Positions 13,681 to 27,862 of a stretch of 64,000 bases of DNA are shown here, piece by piece. Origin of the DNA: Octopus vulgaris (taxonomy: Eukaryota); NCBI GenBank assembly GCA_951406725.2, contig OX597823.1, forward strand, positions 99,758,001 through 99,822,000, read 5' to 3'. Numbering within the stretch: the first letter of the stretch is position 1; every line of letters begins with the position of its first letter. The notes below the pieces were generated by a model. The model had not been told where the DNA came from and made no database searches. It worked only from the letters and a program-made list of their open reading frames with translations. The position numbers and the translations under genes were made by a program.

Positions 13681-16513
13681 AGGAGAGAGTGATCTGTAAA
13701 CAGTGCCTTGGGGCTTTTCAAATGTATTGATGATAATTCTATAATTCTTGATGGATAAATATCAAATCTGAAATGGTTTAATGTTTCTTATTTGTGTTAT
13801 CGACATTATCAGATATTGTTGATGTCATCATCATACATGTCCCCCTTAAAATCCATTAATTTCATTGTTTTTTTTTTTCCTCTCCACTCCTTCTGTTAAC
13901 TTCTAAACAATTAGATCCCTCCCTTTGTATCTTCCAATGAGTTTTCGCATGCTTATATGGTTGGGTTGGATGAGAGTGCAAATTTTGACAAATACAACTG
14001 TTCTGCATAGTTGTTGTGTCTATTGTTTGGTTCCAGGTAAGACTTAAAAAAGCAGACCTCTGACAAAAAAGCATTTTTGTTGTGACCCCCCCCCTTCCAT
14101 CTGGGCATAATTTATCTTAAACGGCATCCTCTGATATATCCTTCTGTTTTATTACAAAGAAAGTAAGGTGTGATTTGAGACAGAGAGAATTATAATTGTT
14201 ATTTTTTCTAGTCAACCCAGCAATCACATGGAAGCTCCATGCGATTTGTAGTCTTTCCATTGTGCTGGGTATTTTATTTGCCAGACGGACACAAATGGAG
14301 GAATGGCTCTTTGACCATTTTAAGCATTCAGATTATCTCATAGCTTTTACTTTTGAAGGACCTAGTTGTTTAGTTTTAGATTGACATTGACAGATAGGTG
14401 TGAGAGGCTGGATCTGGTTGGCTTGAGCATAAAACATGTTGAATATATGGCTGCTTTAGAAGGTAAAGGGTTAAAGTATAAGCTACATGAGGCAGACATT
14501 GAAGCCATGGTTTGTTGATATTTCTCCCCTTCTCTCTTCATATTAATGATTAATATATTGTGAACATTAAAACAAATGTAATTCTAATTAAATAGGTGTG
14601 CTTCTGTACTTGCATGTGAGCATTTGAGAGTTAATTGTGACATATTTTTTTCTTTGTTGAATAGGAAAAGGTGTAGAAGTAATTGTTTATGAATTGAAAG
14701 TCTCATAACCATGGTTATTTACTTTAACTTTATGGGCAACTCATTTATCTAATTCTCCATCATTTATCTAATTCTCCATACAAGAATGGTTTCCTAAACA
14801 CGAAAGTAAATTATTACTAATATCTATAATGAGAGTTTCCATTAGAAAGAGCTAATTGATTAGTTATAGCTTATTGACAAGTTTTAAAGGCAATGTAGAT
14901 AGCTTTCCACCGGAAGTGTCCTTAATATGGATCCTGTTGTTAGGGAGACACGTAATTAATCACTTTTCCCATTTCTTTTTTTTTTTCTGACAGCAGAAAA
15001 ATTGAAAAGTGGTTTTAGTTAAAGTTTGAATGAATCTGTATCTTAGATGAAAATTTAAAAAAGACCTTCTTGTTTTATTATTTCAATTTTAAATTTTGGT
15101 ATTGTTTAAAAAAGCCTAGAGTGGGAACATCAAGCCTGCTTACTGAATAATTATAATTAAAACTTCTAAAACTTTTACCAAAGTTTGGAATTAACAAGAC
15201 TTCCTTGTTCAATAGAGTTCCTCTTTCATCCAGTGAATTTTGTTTGATCTACTCCCAATCTAAATGACTTAATTGTAGTATAAATTAGCTTTAACACTCA
15301 TTATTGCTGCAGTCCTCTTGGGGCAAATCTCTCTCTCTCTCCACAAATCTCATCCCATACTCCACCTCTCATTTTCATATTATCTTTCTTCCATTCTCTC
15401 CCCTTTTCTTTTTCATGTCTCTTTATTCTTGGCCCGCTCATTTGTCTTCTTTCTCATCCTACTTTTTCTTGTTTTCCATTTTCTCTCTATCATTAAAAAA
15501 AAAAGAAGAAAAAATCCATCAAGGATATTTTCAGGTTAATTATTATAAAGAATCATGATGAAGTTTTCTTGTTTATTTATATTAAATGGTAGTTTTTCTT
15601 GAAAATAATGAGGCTGTCGGTGGTGTTGGTGATGCTGATTAGGCCAATGATGGATTTCAATATGGTTTAATGAGTCAAATTACCAAGTGTCATGTAATTT
15701 GCAAGCAGGGTAAAATTTTTCATTTTCCTCTGACATTCACAATGTAATTTTTACAGCAGGTTACCATTGGATGTTAGTCTGATACTTACTCACACACACA
15801 CGTGTATGTGTGTGTACACATGCATATGTGAGTATTCTTCTTGTTTTAATTGTTTACCATTCTTTTTACAAGAAGGAGATGGTTTCTAACAATGAAACAA
15901 ACCTCCACTGTGGAATTAAGATAACAAAAATGATAAGTCTTGCATAGTTTTATTATCTTCTTTTACAGATTGTCTTTGAGTTCTTCTTTGCTGGTCACTT
16001 TCGTTGCCTGAAAATCTTGACTTTCGCAGATTGTCTCTTCAACATTTAGCAATATAGTTATGTGTAATTATTTTTAGTATGATAATTATAAATGTGAATT
16101 TATATTGTGATAAACAGGCTGCAGGTTTTGAAGCAGTACTTCATAAATATTCTCCCCACCAATTTTCGAAGCTGACCTCCCCACCCCCATACCAAATGAT
16201 TAAATCACCTGTTGTGTTTGGCCCAGGTAACTGTTTTGATAGGAATATTCCACCAATATTCCTTAGGTTGATATTTGTGTATTCAATAACGGTTGTTTTT
16301 CTATGGATGGCATTCTATATTTTAGCAACCTCATCATGCTTTAATGGACAGACATATTCTTCACAGAAGTGTGACTGTGTTGAAATTTTCAGTTGTGTAT
16401 TGAGTTTTTAAGGGTTTCACTGTCTCCCTTTTTTTGATATTTGGAAGGTCATCAGAAAGGGGGTATTTGTTGAAGAGTTTGCTGCCATTCCGTAGAATGT
16501 TCTACTGGATATA

Positions 16514-16913
16514 TTCTTTTATTCTTTTACTTGTTTCAGTCATTTGACTGCGGCCATGCTGGAACACCATATTAGTTGAACAAATCGACTCCAGAACTTA
16601 TTCTTTGCAAGCCTAGTACTTTATTCTATCGGTCTCTTTTGCCAAACCACTAAGTTACAGGGGCGTAAACACACCAACATCAATTGTCAAGTGATGATGG
16701 GTGGGGGGAAACACAGACACACAAGTATATACATACATATATATATACATACACATGATGGGCTTCTTTCAGTTTCTGTCTACCAAATCCATTCACAAGG
16801 TTTTGGTCGGCCTGAGGCTATAGTAGAAGACACTTGTCCAAGGTGCCATGCAGTGAGACTGAACCTGGAACCATGTGGTGGGGAAGCAAGTTTCTTAACA
16901 CACAGCTACACCT
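16514..16913 (-). mobile_element. tRNA-derived SINE family B (CORE-like body, internal (CA/TA)n, CR1-LINE-like 3' tail)
   Basis: Minus-strand head gtagctgtgtgttaagaa…ggttcagtc; ccttggacaagtgtcttctac body; tail catggccgcagtcaaatgactgaaacaagtaaaagaat. Confidence 0.85.
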
Positions 16914-18459
16914 ATCATTGTCATCATTATCATTGTACACCTGTTTTCCACCCTGGTTTGTGTTGAGGGTTGAAAAGGAGACATTGAGAATCTGTAAAGA
17001 AGATCTTTAAAAGAAAAGAAAGATTAGTGGAAAGGGTAATGGAGGTGGGCTGGGAAGGGAGAGATGAGTGAGTGCTGAGGTGGCAAAGATTTTCTTTTGA
17101 ATAATGAACACGACTAATCATTCTTTAATCAAAATTTTATTTTTATAATATTTTCCTGAGTTAGTTGCTGTGTTCTCGGAATAGTAAAGTTGCTAAAGCC
17201 ATCGCCTTCTAGACATCTGTGCTCCCATCTTCAGTGAAGTGATGTTGTTGTGTGTTCTTGCTTCCTCATACTAGGCAAAGCTTCTGTGACTAATGTAGAC
17301 ATCAGCACCGAAATCTGAAGTTTTGTTCATTAGATTTCTATGTCTTTATTCATTTACTGCTACAGGAAATTCTGTGTGGAATTGGTATGTTATTTGCAAA
17401 TGTGAAAGTTCTAAGCTTCATGGCTGTCTCTGTTATTTCAGCCATCTGGGAACAGCACTCTCTTAGCAGCTCATCAAGCACTTACAACAAAAAGCAATTG
17501 TTATGGACTAAATGACTCAAAACAAAACCTGCTTGGAAAATGCTAATGAACAATACATGTATCCCATACAGAATTCCTCACAAGAGTAGATAATTAATTA
17601 TGGAAGCAGTACTCACAGCACAGTACAATGTCAAGACAATTATACACTAATCACAAAGCTAAACATTTGATGATGATGTAGAAAATCTAATGAACACTAA
17701 TATCTACACCAATCACATTGACCCTGTCTATTTATAACAGGAAGCAACATACACTATCATCACTTCATCTTGAAGATGAGACTGTGAAGATTTAGAAATG
17801 TTGAAAGGAACTTTATATAGTTCCAGAGAAACTGTAACTCTGGTGGAAGCATGACTGTGAAATTAAGAACTTTTCTCTAGTGTTCCATCCTACAGTGTCT
17901 TCTATTATAGCTTTGGGCTGACCAAGTCGAATTCAGCAGATGGAAACTGTTCTGAAGCCTCTATGGTGTTTTATGCCTCTCGTAAACAAAAGTCTGTAGC
18001 ATAGCTGTTTCTTATGTTTGATAAAGAAATATTGTACTTGAACAAGCAAGAGTTGCTGACTGAGGAGACATCTAACTCATGCCATCTTTAAAAAAAAAAA
18101 AAGCATGATGAAGAGGATGATGATGATGATGAACTTATAACTGAGTTTGCCATTTGAAGGCTGTTCCTGTTGGCCTTTTTAAGAGTATGTGAATGAAGGC
18201 AAGCCAATAGGCCACCATCTGAAAGACTATATGTCTGCCCATCATTTATTAAACATTGTCATTCTATTGATAGCTCTTAAGAAATATTTGTCTGTACAAA
18301 AGGCCAATCATTTTGATTCTGTATCAATTATGTTGATTCTGTACAGCATTTAACTGGAAAGTGATAATAAGTATGTTGAAACAACTGCGCTAAGGACATC
18401 ATCTTCATTTTGCAGCTCATTAGTAAGCAAGGGTCAAAGTTTATTGAGTCAGCATCTTT

Positions 18460-19105
18460 GATCTTTTACTTGTTTCAGTGGTTATACTGTGGCCATACTG
18501 GGGCACCACCTTGAGTGGTTTAGTTGAACAAATCAACTCCAGCACTTATTTTACTAAGTCTGGTACCTATTCTGTTTGCCTTTTTTTTTCCAAATTGCTT
18601 TGAGGGATGTAAACAAACCTACACTAGTTGTCAAGTGGTGGAGGAGGCATATCACGTGATCACATGACTGACATTGCAGTCAGATGTTGTTACACATCAT
18701 TGATCACAATGAGCTTTTGCATTGTTTTTACCTTCAACTGATGCCACCCTGCTGGCTAGGTCAGCAGGCCAGCTTCCTCTCCATCCCCAAACACAAGGGG
18801 GACTGGAGCAACATGAAATGAAGTGTTTTACTCAAGAACACAATGTGCCACCCAATCAGGGAATTGAACCCATAATCTAGCAATCGTGAATGCAACAGCC
18901 TAACCACTAGGCCACAAAAGCACATACACACAGGGCTTCGACACAGTTTCTGTCTACCAAATTCACTCATATGACATTCATTGGTTCGGTACCCTAGTAG
19001 AGTACCCAAGCAGAGTACAATGAGACTGGACCCAAGCAGAGTACAATGAGATTGGATCCAAAACTACAATGGCTGCAAAACGAACTTCTTAACCACACAG
19101 CCAGG
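18460..19105 (-). mobile_element. SINE family B interrupted by a second tRNA-derived SINE (about 18649-18914)
   Basis: Family B tail at 18460-18640 and head at 18930-19105; the nested element has its own head (gtggcctagtggttagg…gggttcaattccc) on the minus strand. Confidence 0.7.
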
Positions 19106-19659
19106 CTCCTGACATCCATCTCTCTTTCTCTCTCTCTCTCTCTCTCGTGTATGCACACACACACATACACACAAACACACACACACACACACACACATAT
19201 AGATAAGGGTCTCCATTTACAAAGGTTGACCATGTATCTGCAAATGTCTGTTGAGGCCTGGGCAAGACTTGAGGGCAAGTCTGGCAGTTGCCCATGCTTG
19301 TAAATCTCCACAATATCAATTCTTATCCAAAGAAAAGGTTGCCAACTTGGGTCAGTACAGCTTTGGCACAATGTTATCAGAACAGAAAGGTCGAGAACAG
19401 ATACCACAAGGCATCTTGCTGGACCCTCCAACACTTCCACCTTCGATTGCTGTTTTTTGTGGGGTGAGTGGGCTGGGTTTTTTTTTTTTTTTTTTTTTTT
19501 TGTAGTGACCCTGGAAAACTGAAATGCAAAGTGAACTGTGATTTGAACTGTGAATACAGTGAGTTAGAAAATACCACAAGGCATTCTATGAAACTGTTAT
19601 GAGACTGTCAATTCACTGCATTATGTAAGATAAACAGAATAACACATCCAGATGAAAAT

Positions 19660-20200
19660 GTTTGATCAATTGGTTTCATCTTCAACTGGATTCATCAGTG
19701 GATTGAGTGACGAGATGACCGAGAAGAGCTGATTGTTTAGAATAGCACCGAGTTTACTTTCGGATGGTCAGATGGTCTTTGGCACCAGTTTCCATTCATC
19801 ATACTCTTCAGGACAGTATATCACTCAGAGGAACTTGGTCATGTAAATTGGCTGGTCAAAATATTTTGCTTAGATTTTTTTTTTTTTTGTAGTTGGATGG
19901 CAAATGGTATGGAATGGAGTTTCTTTATTAGACAGAGATCAGTATTTTGATCTGCCCTTAAAATGTTAGTACCTTATCCCATATTGAAGGAAATTTTTGG
20001 TCCAAACAAGTAATTTTGTTCACCTTACATGTGATAAACAAATCTCAAGTTTTTCTGTTTTATTGAATGCATTCAGCACTTCTATGTTTTCATATCACAG
20101 AATAAACAGAGGATATGTGTATATAATGAATAAACTCTTCTACAATATGTGTATTGAGTAATTTTATATCCTGATTGTGAATCCCCAAATTAAACATTTG
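19660..20200 (-). mobile_element. Possible decayed Penelope-like element (GIY-YIG-like remnant followed by a degenerate hammerhead motif)
   Basis: With frameshifts the minus strand reads KNLRF(V)ITCK…QNY near 20010-20060; downstream CTGATGA-ATC…GAT-GAAA at about 19663-19706. Confidence 0.35.
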
Positions 20201-21321
20201 TATGTGTGCTGTATTAATGCTTGTTCTTGCTGCTTTCATTTGTATGACTTTTCACTTGAATATTTTACATTTCTTTGTTTTGACAGGGAAATGAAATTAT
20301 TGCAAAATACCTGCCTTCATTAGAAGAAAAACAGATGATTGGAAATTCATTCATCAGAAACCGTTATTCTCCTCTTCTGTCTCTCACAACTCTCATTCCT
20401 TCATTTTTACAAACTATTCAAATGAGCTCTTTATGGCAAACATGCTATTGTCGTCATTTGCCAGGAGGCATTTGTTAAAGAAGAAAGTCACATGATTTAT
20501 GACATCAGAGGATCCAGTCCATACCAGCACATGGGTATTGTACAATTTTTTCAAATTTCACTTATTGTTTCATATCCCTCCCCACCACTTCTGTTGCTGT
20601 TTATCATGTTTTACATGTGTGTTGTGAATGTGCACATGACATAGAGGTTTCAGTTAACTTTTAAATTTCTCAATTAAAAGTTGCTGGCCTTTTTTTTTTG
20701 TTTTGTTTTTATGTGGAAAGGAGGAGGAGGAGGAGAGCAATTGTTTTGTCAACATTTTGTTCAATTACAGTTTTAGATTAGCTCTTGCATGATGTTTTCA
20801 AAAGCAGCTCTATGATTTTGGCGTGGATTATAAAAAACAAAGTGTCGCTTTATAAATTAATTTTTTTTTACTCTCTATATATTATGATTTGTGTTGGTGG
20901 CAGTGAAAGGAGATGGTTTATAATATGTATTTTATGAGAATACATTCTTGCTCTTCGAATATGTTGCATCTAATTTACTGTTGAATTTGTTTCTATATTC
21001 TCTGTTTCTTTGAAGAGTATAAACAACAAGAGCAACAACAATACTCTTTTAATGTTCATATTCCATGCTGACATGGGTTAGAGACTTTGACAAGTTCAAG
21101 GACTGCATCGTGCTCTAATGTCTTCTGCTTTGGCATGGTTCTTACAGTTGGAGGTCCTTCCTCACATCAACTGCTTTACAAAGTATATTGGTTTTTTTTT
21201 TTGGTTTTTATTTTGTGGCATCAGCACTAGTGAGGTCACCGTGCAGTTTGCAAAACTAAGATTGCCTTTGATTGAGTGGGTCCCCAATAGAAAAGAAGGT
21301 AACTTTATACTAGATAAGATG

Positions 21322-21544
21322 TTAACCCTTTTCATACCAACCCTTCTGAAACTGCCTCTGGCTCTGTAGTACAAATGTCTTAAGTTCTGAATTAAAATCC
21401 TTCCACCAAACCTTAGTCACAATTTATGTTCCTAACACTTGCGTAATGATAACAAAGTTATTTTACTAAATTCTTTGTTATATTTAAAATTAATTGAAAG
21501 AAACTCAGAGTATCTCAACAGAAATATGGTAACAAAAGGGTTAA
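21322..21544 (-). mobile_element. piggyBac-type MITE with TTAA target-site duplication
   Basis: TTAA|CCCTTTTCATACCA … TGGTAACAAAAGGG|TTAA; TIRs match at 12 of 14 positions. Confidence 0.85.
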
Positions 21545-22846
21545 CAGAATGAAAGGAGGAAGCAGAATAGATCAAATTCTTTGCTGTTGAGGAGGAGGAG
21601 GAGGAGGAGGAGCTATATGGCTACTTACATTTTAGGAGAGTAGATGGGAATAATCAGAATGGTGCTGGAAAACATGATAAAGTTGAGATGTTAGGGTGGA
21701 TGATTGCAGGTCAGTGATGGATTGACTAGAACTTTACAGCATAAAACAAAATGCTTTGTGGTATTTAGATACTGCTCATTACATTCCAGGTTCAAATTCC
21801 ATCAAGGATTTATTTTGTCTGTTATCTTTCCAGGATCAATAAAGTACCTCTCTAGAACTGGAGTCAATATTATCAACTGTTCCCTACGCTTACGTTTCTA
21901 ACCTTGTGCCTTTGTATAAAAATTGCAATTTTGTTACTGGTCTTGCTTCATGTTTCTTATTTAAACTCTGCTTGGTTTAGCTTGTTTCTTGGCTACTTTG
22001 ACAAAGAGAATTTGTTTGCAGTTGATTACTATCCCATCATGGATCAAGATTTCTTTCATATTTTAAACATTACAGAAACTGCAGCCATGTACAAGCAGTT
22101 TAAGTTAAATTATGATCGATATATACATCCTTTCAGTTGTTTCTCATTGAATAAACCTGACTGATTTGTGTTTCCAATCCATGGTCATTCAGTAGAGGAC
22201 TTTCTAGATTCTCTCTGCAAACCTTTTCAGAAAATCTCAACTCTTTTTGTTTTCCATTGGACTTAGTGTTCTTTCTTCTAATTATGACGATCTTCATCAT
22301 CATGTGTTAGCTCTATAGGTTCAATATGATCTCTAATGAATTTATGAGGAAATAGAATAAAAGAGGTACTTGGGATGTGTAATTGTTTTGTATGAGATAC
22401 AGAAAGTGAAATTTATATTGAACTGGAGGAGCATGTACCTTTAGTGGTATGCAAGGAAAATTGAGGGTTTCTAAAAAGACTGCAATTTTGAAGTGTTCAG
22501 GAACTAAACACAACCTATGAGTCTAGAAAATGTGAGGAAAGCCTTCTGCTCTTCCCATTCACATATCTGTGTACAAGGGTTTTCAACAATGTTTATAGCC
22601 CGAAGCAAATTGCATGTAAGGCTGTCACTTGAGAATGATATGAGTTACTTGCTGGAAAGAGCCAAGCTCATTATTCTCATTTGAAATGTTACTATTAACT
22701 GAAAGGTATTTGTTAAGCATTTGTGGGACGAGAGCAATTGATTGTATCAATTCCAGTACTTGGCTAGTAATTTATTTTATTGACCCGAGGAAGTTGAAGG
22801 CTGGCCCGCAGCAGGATTTGAACATAATAAATTAAATAACGTTATA

Positions 22847-23077
22847 TTAACCCCAGCATCACCATATTTCTATTAAAATATAAAACTTTTGTTTCAATTA
22901 ATTTTGGAAATAGTGAAGAACTTAGCCAACTAATTTTGTCAAAATTAAGCTTGTTTTTGGAACATAAACTTATATGGAACTTCGATGGAAAGGTTTAATT
23001 TAAATCACTTTAAATGATTAAGTTTTATATCAAAGAATGAAAGAGAATCTGCTGAAAGTTGATATCAAAAGGGTTAA
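22847..23077 (+). mobile_element. piggyBac-type MITE
   Basis: TTAA|CCC … AAAAGGG|TTAA with family-typical internal sequence. Confidence 0.7.
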
Positions 23078-24117
23078 AAACAAATAATACATGATTGTCA
23101 TTTGTTCTAGGGTATTCAGCTGTTTTACTCTATAATATTTGCATGTCATATACCACCAACACTGCCAGGGAGACATGGTGGAAGGATATACCAGCAAGAA
23201 AAAAGAAATTGAGAAATCCTGCATTAGAGAAGGAGAGATGTTTTGACCGTTTCCTTCTCATTTGTATTGATGTGTCTGACTCTGTGGAATGTAATATTTT
23301 CACTTGAAATTATTGAAGAACTTTTATTTCTTCTTAGTTTTCGCTCTCTGTCAGCTGTTGCCATAAGATATAGGCCCAAGATGTTAGAATGTTCTCATAA
23401 TTTCATTCGTCATCGAAATACTATCATCGTTTTTGTTATTGTGATATTTATCGTTTTTATCTTGTTTCCTTTTCTCTTTGCTAAATATATTGCTACCCCC
23501 CCCCCCATTGCAGCTGTTTAGCAGTTTTGTGTGTGTGTAGATACATTTCTAATCATATCTCACCCAATCTCAAGTGTATATACAAATATAACAACACAAT
23601 GTTTGTATAAGTTTTTTTATGGATATAAATCTTTGAACTTATTCATTGAATTCTTTTTCTCACATTTATTTATTTCTGGATTTTGTTTCGTTTTTCTTTT
23701 TTACTTCTTCTTTTCCTCCTTAACATTTACATTTGTTGTTTTCAGTTTGGCGATGATATTTCCATTAAGATCGTTTTATTTTGCTAAATGCTTTACAGAA
23801 ATAGCTGCTTCACCTTAGCTATTTGGACTTAGTTCTAAGAATATTCTTCTATTTATAAACTCCAAAGCTGATTAGAACATCTCCGCAAGCAATCTACATA
23901 TTTTGTCTCCACTATCTCTAAATATAATTTGTTATTGAATGTTTTTTCAATCAAGAGGTTAGTTTTTGTCAGAGATATCAGAGGCTACCTCTAGGCTATT
24001 ATTTATTTAGTCTATATTTGTTCACTCATTAAAAACAATTTTCACATTATCTCTCTCTCTCTCTCCCCCATCATCCTGCACTTACTCACTCACCTCTCTT
24101 TCTCTCTGTCTTTCTCT

Positions 24118-24181
<64 letters not shown>

Positions 24182-24795
24182 ATGTATTTTTATATGTGTG
24201 TGTGTGTGTATGTATTTTTATATGTATGTGAATGTGTGTGTATATAGACTGATAGACACACATACACATATTTTTTTTTTCTCTCTTATTGTTAATTGTA
24301 TAATAAACTATCTGCTGCTGCTGCATTCCCTATTTTTCAAGTAAGTAACCTGTATTGGTTTTGGGAGAGGTTTCTCTGTAGCCGTTTCAGCTGTGGCTAT
24401 TTCCCACCATGTTACTACTGCTTGGTGAGCAACATTCTAACGTGTACATGTCAACTGAATGTTAGCTAACTTGTAAAGGAAACAATATTTGTTTTCTGCT
24501 GAAATCACTTTGTTAGAAATGGTTTTTAAGCTGTCAAACCATGAGAGAGACAGCAGCTGAATGTATGAAGTTTGTACTTTACAGCTTGCTATGAGTTTTC
24601 TTACACAGCTTGTTTGTTATGTGTCTTTGTGTATTGAATCTGGTCAACTTGTATTAGAATACCCATGCAAACTCTTTTTGTCAATGATTCCTGACTAATT
24701 TGTAACACTTTAAATACAAAAACAATATTTAATATTCATTTTACCTTTACAACTAACATATTAAAGTATCTCTTCTTTATTACCTTTCATAGATT

Positions 24796-25175
24796 CAGGT
24801 GTAGCTGTGTGGTTAAGAAGTTTGCTTCCCAGCCACATTGTTTCGGGTTCAGGCTCACTGCATTACACCTTGTCTTCTATAACCATGGGCCAACCAAAGT
24901 CTGGTGAGAGGATTTGGTAGATGGAAATGACATGTGAGCATGCACCTGTGATAGTTGTAAATGAGCATCACTGTCTTACAAGTGATGTCTTTTGTTTCCA
25001 ATTTTCCATGAAAACTTGCCTGTCCATGGGGGGTGTGGGTGGAATATTACCTGGCTTGGAAACAGGTGAGGGTTAGTGACAGGAAGGGCATTCAGCTGTA
25101 GAATGTCTGCCTCAATAAATTCCATTTAACCCAAGGCAAACTTGGAAAAGCAGATATTAAAACGGTAATGGTGAC
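24796..25175 (+). mobile_element. SINE with a family-B head and an RTE-type 3' tail
   Basis: Head caggtgtagctgtgtggttaagaagtttgcttccc; tail caggaagggcattcagctgtaga…ggaaaagcagatattaaaacg. Confidence 0.75.
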
Positions 25176-25659
25176 GCCTACTCTGTTATACACTAAACCA
25201 ACTACTACAATTAATTCTGCTCAAAAGACTAGACTTGGTTATTAAATTCTGAAGTAATTAACCACAGTCACTGAGTAGATCATAAATAACAAGATTACAG
25301 TTTATTGTTGAAGGTCTTACAACTATGATACATATGTAAGGTTTATAATATTTAAGCAATAAAACATTTTATTTACATTAAAAATACTTTGTGTGTGTGT
25401 GTGTGTGTATAGTTTATTTCCAGTCAATCTGTTGTACTCAATGCATTGACGTATCATTTGCTGTGGCTCCTTTTAGGTTTTAATTTTCTTCAGTACTCAA
25501 CCTTAGTCGACCGTAGCCAGATTCATGCATCCCAACAATGATTTTATTCACTTTCAATTACTTAATGATAATTACTCAGGGTCTTGGAGGTTATCATCAT
25601 TTAGTGTCTGCTTATAACAGTTCTGGATTCCCAAGTATAGTATCTGGAATGATACAACA

Positions 25660-26030
25660 CCATCACTTAATATCCGCTTGTCCATGCTTGTATGAGTTGG
25701 ATTAGGTTTATTTAGGGTGGTTTCCAATGATCAAATGCTCTTCCTGTCACTGTCTCCCACCTCTTTCCAAGCAAGATCATATTTCCCCATGGCCAGACTT
25801 GTTTTCACAGAATATTGGAAACGATATTATGTAATATAAAAACGAAGAGATACAAACCCACACAAATGACTTTCAGTTTCCCTCTACCAAATCCACTGAC
25901 AAGATTTTGGTCAGCCTGGAGCTACAGTAGCCCAAGGTGCCACTTGTCCAAGGTGCCATGCAGTGGGACTGAACCTGGAACCTTGTGGTTGGGAAGCAAA
26001 ATTTCCTACTGCACAGCCACACCTGTACCA
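25660..26030 (-). mobile_element. SINE with a family-B head and an RTE-type tail
   Basis: Head at 25960-26025; tail is reverse-complement similar to 25060-25165. Confidence 0.65.
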
Positions 26031-26815
26031 GGTATACATATACTATGATTGTTTCTTACTGTGGACCTTTTCATCTGTTTTGAACTGGAAATATTTAGGG
26101 GGTGCTGTAAGACCTTAAAAGAAAAAAATTAAATATTTCTACCAAATATAAGAATAGATGATTGAAAATTCAGTTGTCAGTTATTAAAAGTGTCAGCTGT
26201 TTTAACTCTTTCAAACAGATATTTCTCCCATTTAACATGTGTAATGACATGTAGGATTGAAGGCAACAAACAGAACAAAATTTAGTCATAGACAAACAGA
26301 CAGACAGATATAACCCATTTGATCTCTCTTAGTAAATTAGTCTCCTGTTGTATTTGACATTTCCGAGAGTAGTAAAGATTGTTCAGTGTTTCAAAGAGTT
26401 TGAGAGAAAGTTATATAAGCTCTCAGCTAGGTGTATAAAAAACAAAACAAAAACAAAAAAAGCTTCTACAGGTAAGTGTACCTGTGAGCTTTTTGTGTTG
26501 TTGGCAAATACAGTTGAATAGAAATGGCTGTGTGTTGTTTGTTATAGTTTATTGGACACATAAATAGATATAGATTTGTGTGTGGAAGGTGTGGGGGAAT
26601 GTGATCAAGCCTTTTTTACCCACTTGGTATAGTTTATTTTTTATGTTTTTATGTTATTTATTGAATTAGTAATTCCTTTAAAATCAAGTAATTGTGGTAC
26701 ATGTTTAAGTAATTATTTGTTATTCATTTTAATTTGATATTCCATTTGTTCATAATTAATCTTTGAATAAATAGGAAAGTTGTTTTATTTTTGTTTTCAT
26801 TAGTATCCAATAACA

Positions 26816-27199
26816 TCTCTCTCTATATAAACGGCAGTTTGTCTGTGCGTTTTCTGTGTGTCTGTTTTCTCGTACCCTCACTCTGACCACGGCTTTCAAC
26901 CGATTCTGATGAAACTTGACACACACATAGCCCAATGTCATAATTCAAAACTAACGCAGCGAAAATTTTGAAAAGTTCCTCCAGTTCTGAAAAAAATCGA
27001 TAAATTCGACATGGGGTCGAGAATTAGAAACCCAAACCACAGACCGTCTAGGGGACGCAACTCCACCTTTTTTAACTTTCAAAAAAAATTTACCATCAAT
27101 TTTTTTCCATTTTTTTGCTATTTTTTGGCTATAACTCTCTAAAAATGCTTTATAGTTATTTCCCTTACAAACCTGAGCAACGCCGGGCGATACTGCTAG
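26816..27199 (+). mobile_element. Non-autonomous Helitron
   Basis: 5' A|TC terminus; subterminal GC hairpin (cctgagcaacgccggg); 3' CTAG|T; no TSD; 3' end shared with 51663-52041. Confidence 0.8.
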
Positions 27200-27353
27200 T
27201 CATTAATATGTTAGAGCTAAAAAAAATGGACTGCCACTTTCTATAATCCTTGTCCAGGTACTATTTTATATCTTAAATCTTCTTTAATGGTGAGTGATAG
27301 AACCCAAGTAGATAAAACACTGACTCGTCTACCAAATGTTTCAAGTTCAATTC

Positions 27354-27569
27354 TTAACCCCTTCATTATCATATTTCTGTTGCTTTTGTTTGAATTAATT
27401 TTGAAAGTAACGAAGAATTTAGTAAAATAACTTTGTCGTTAATCAAGCTAGTGTTTAAAACATAAATTAACATGAAGTTAATGAGCAAGTTCAATTTAGA
27501 TAAATTTAAAATGGTTTTTACCATTGAATCAGGGGTGGTGGTCATGCGGATTGATATGGAAAGGGTTGG
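27354..27569 (+). mobile_element. piggyBac-type MITE
   Basis: Starts TTAACCCC, ends aaaggg; family internal sequence. Confidence 0.65.
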
Positions 27570-27678
27570 ATTGTTGTTGTTTATTCAAAGTAGTGTAAAT
27601 CAATGAACAACTGTTTGGTATGATAATGTTTTAAGTATTTATTGTATTGGATTACAATATGGATTTTGAATCCTCACT

Positions 27679-27862
27679 GTGCCGGTGGCACGTAAAAAGC
27701 ACCCACTACACTCACAGAGTATTTGGCGTTAGGAAGGGCATCCAGCTGTAGAAACACTGCCAGATCAGACTGGTGCCTGGTGCAGCCTTCTGGCTTCCCA
27801 GACTCTGGTCGAACCGTCCAACCCATGCTAGCATGGAAAGCGGACGTTAAATGATGATGATG
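27679..27862 (+). mobile_element. 5'-truncated RTE 3' tail
   Basis: Near-identical to 62990-63175. Confidence 0.85.

Noticed and set aside
14741-14780. Short direct duplications (also about 18994-19048 and 33889-33912)
   Set aside because: Ordinary slippage-type duplications with no further structure
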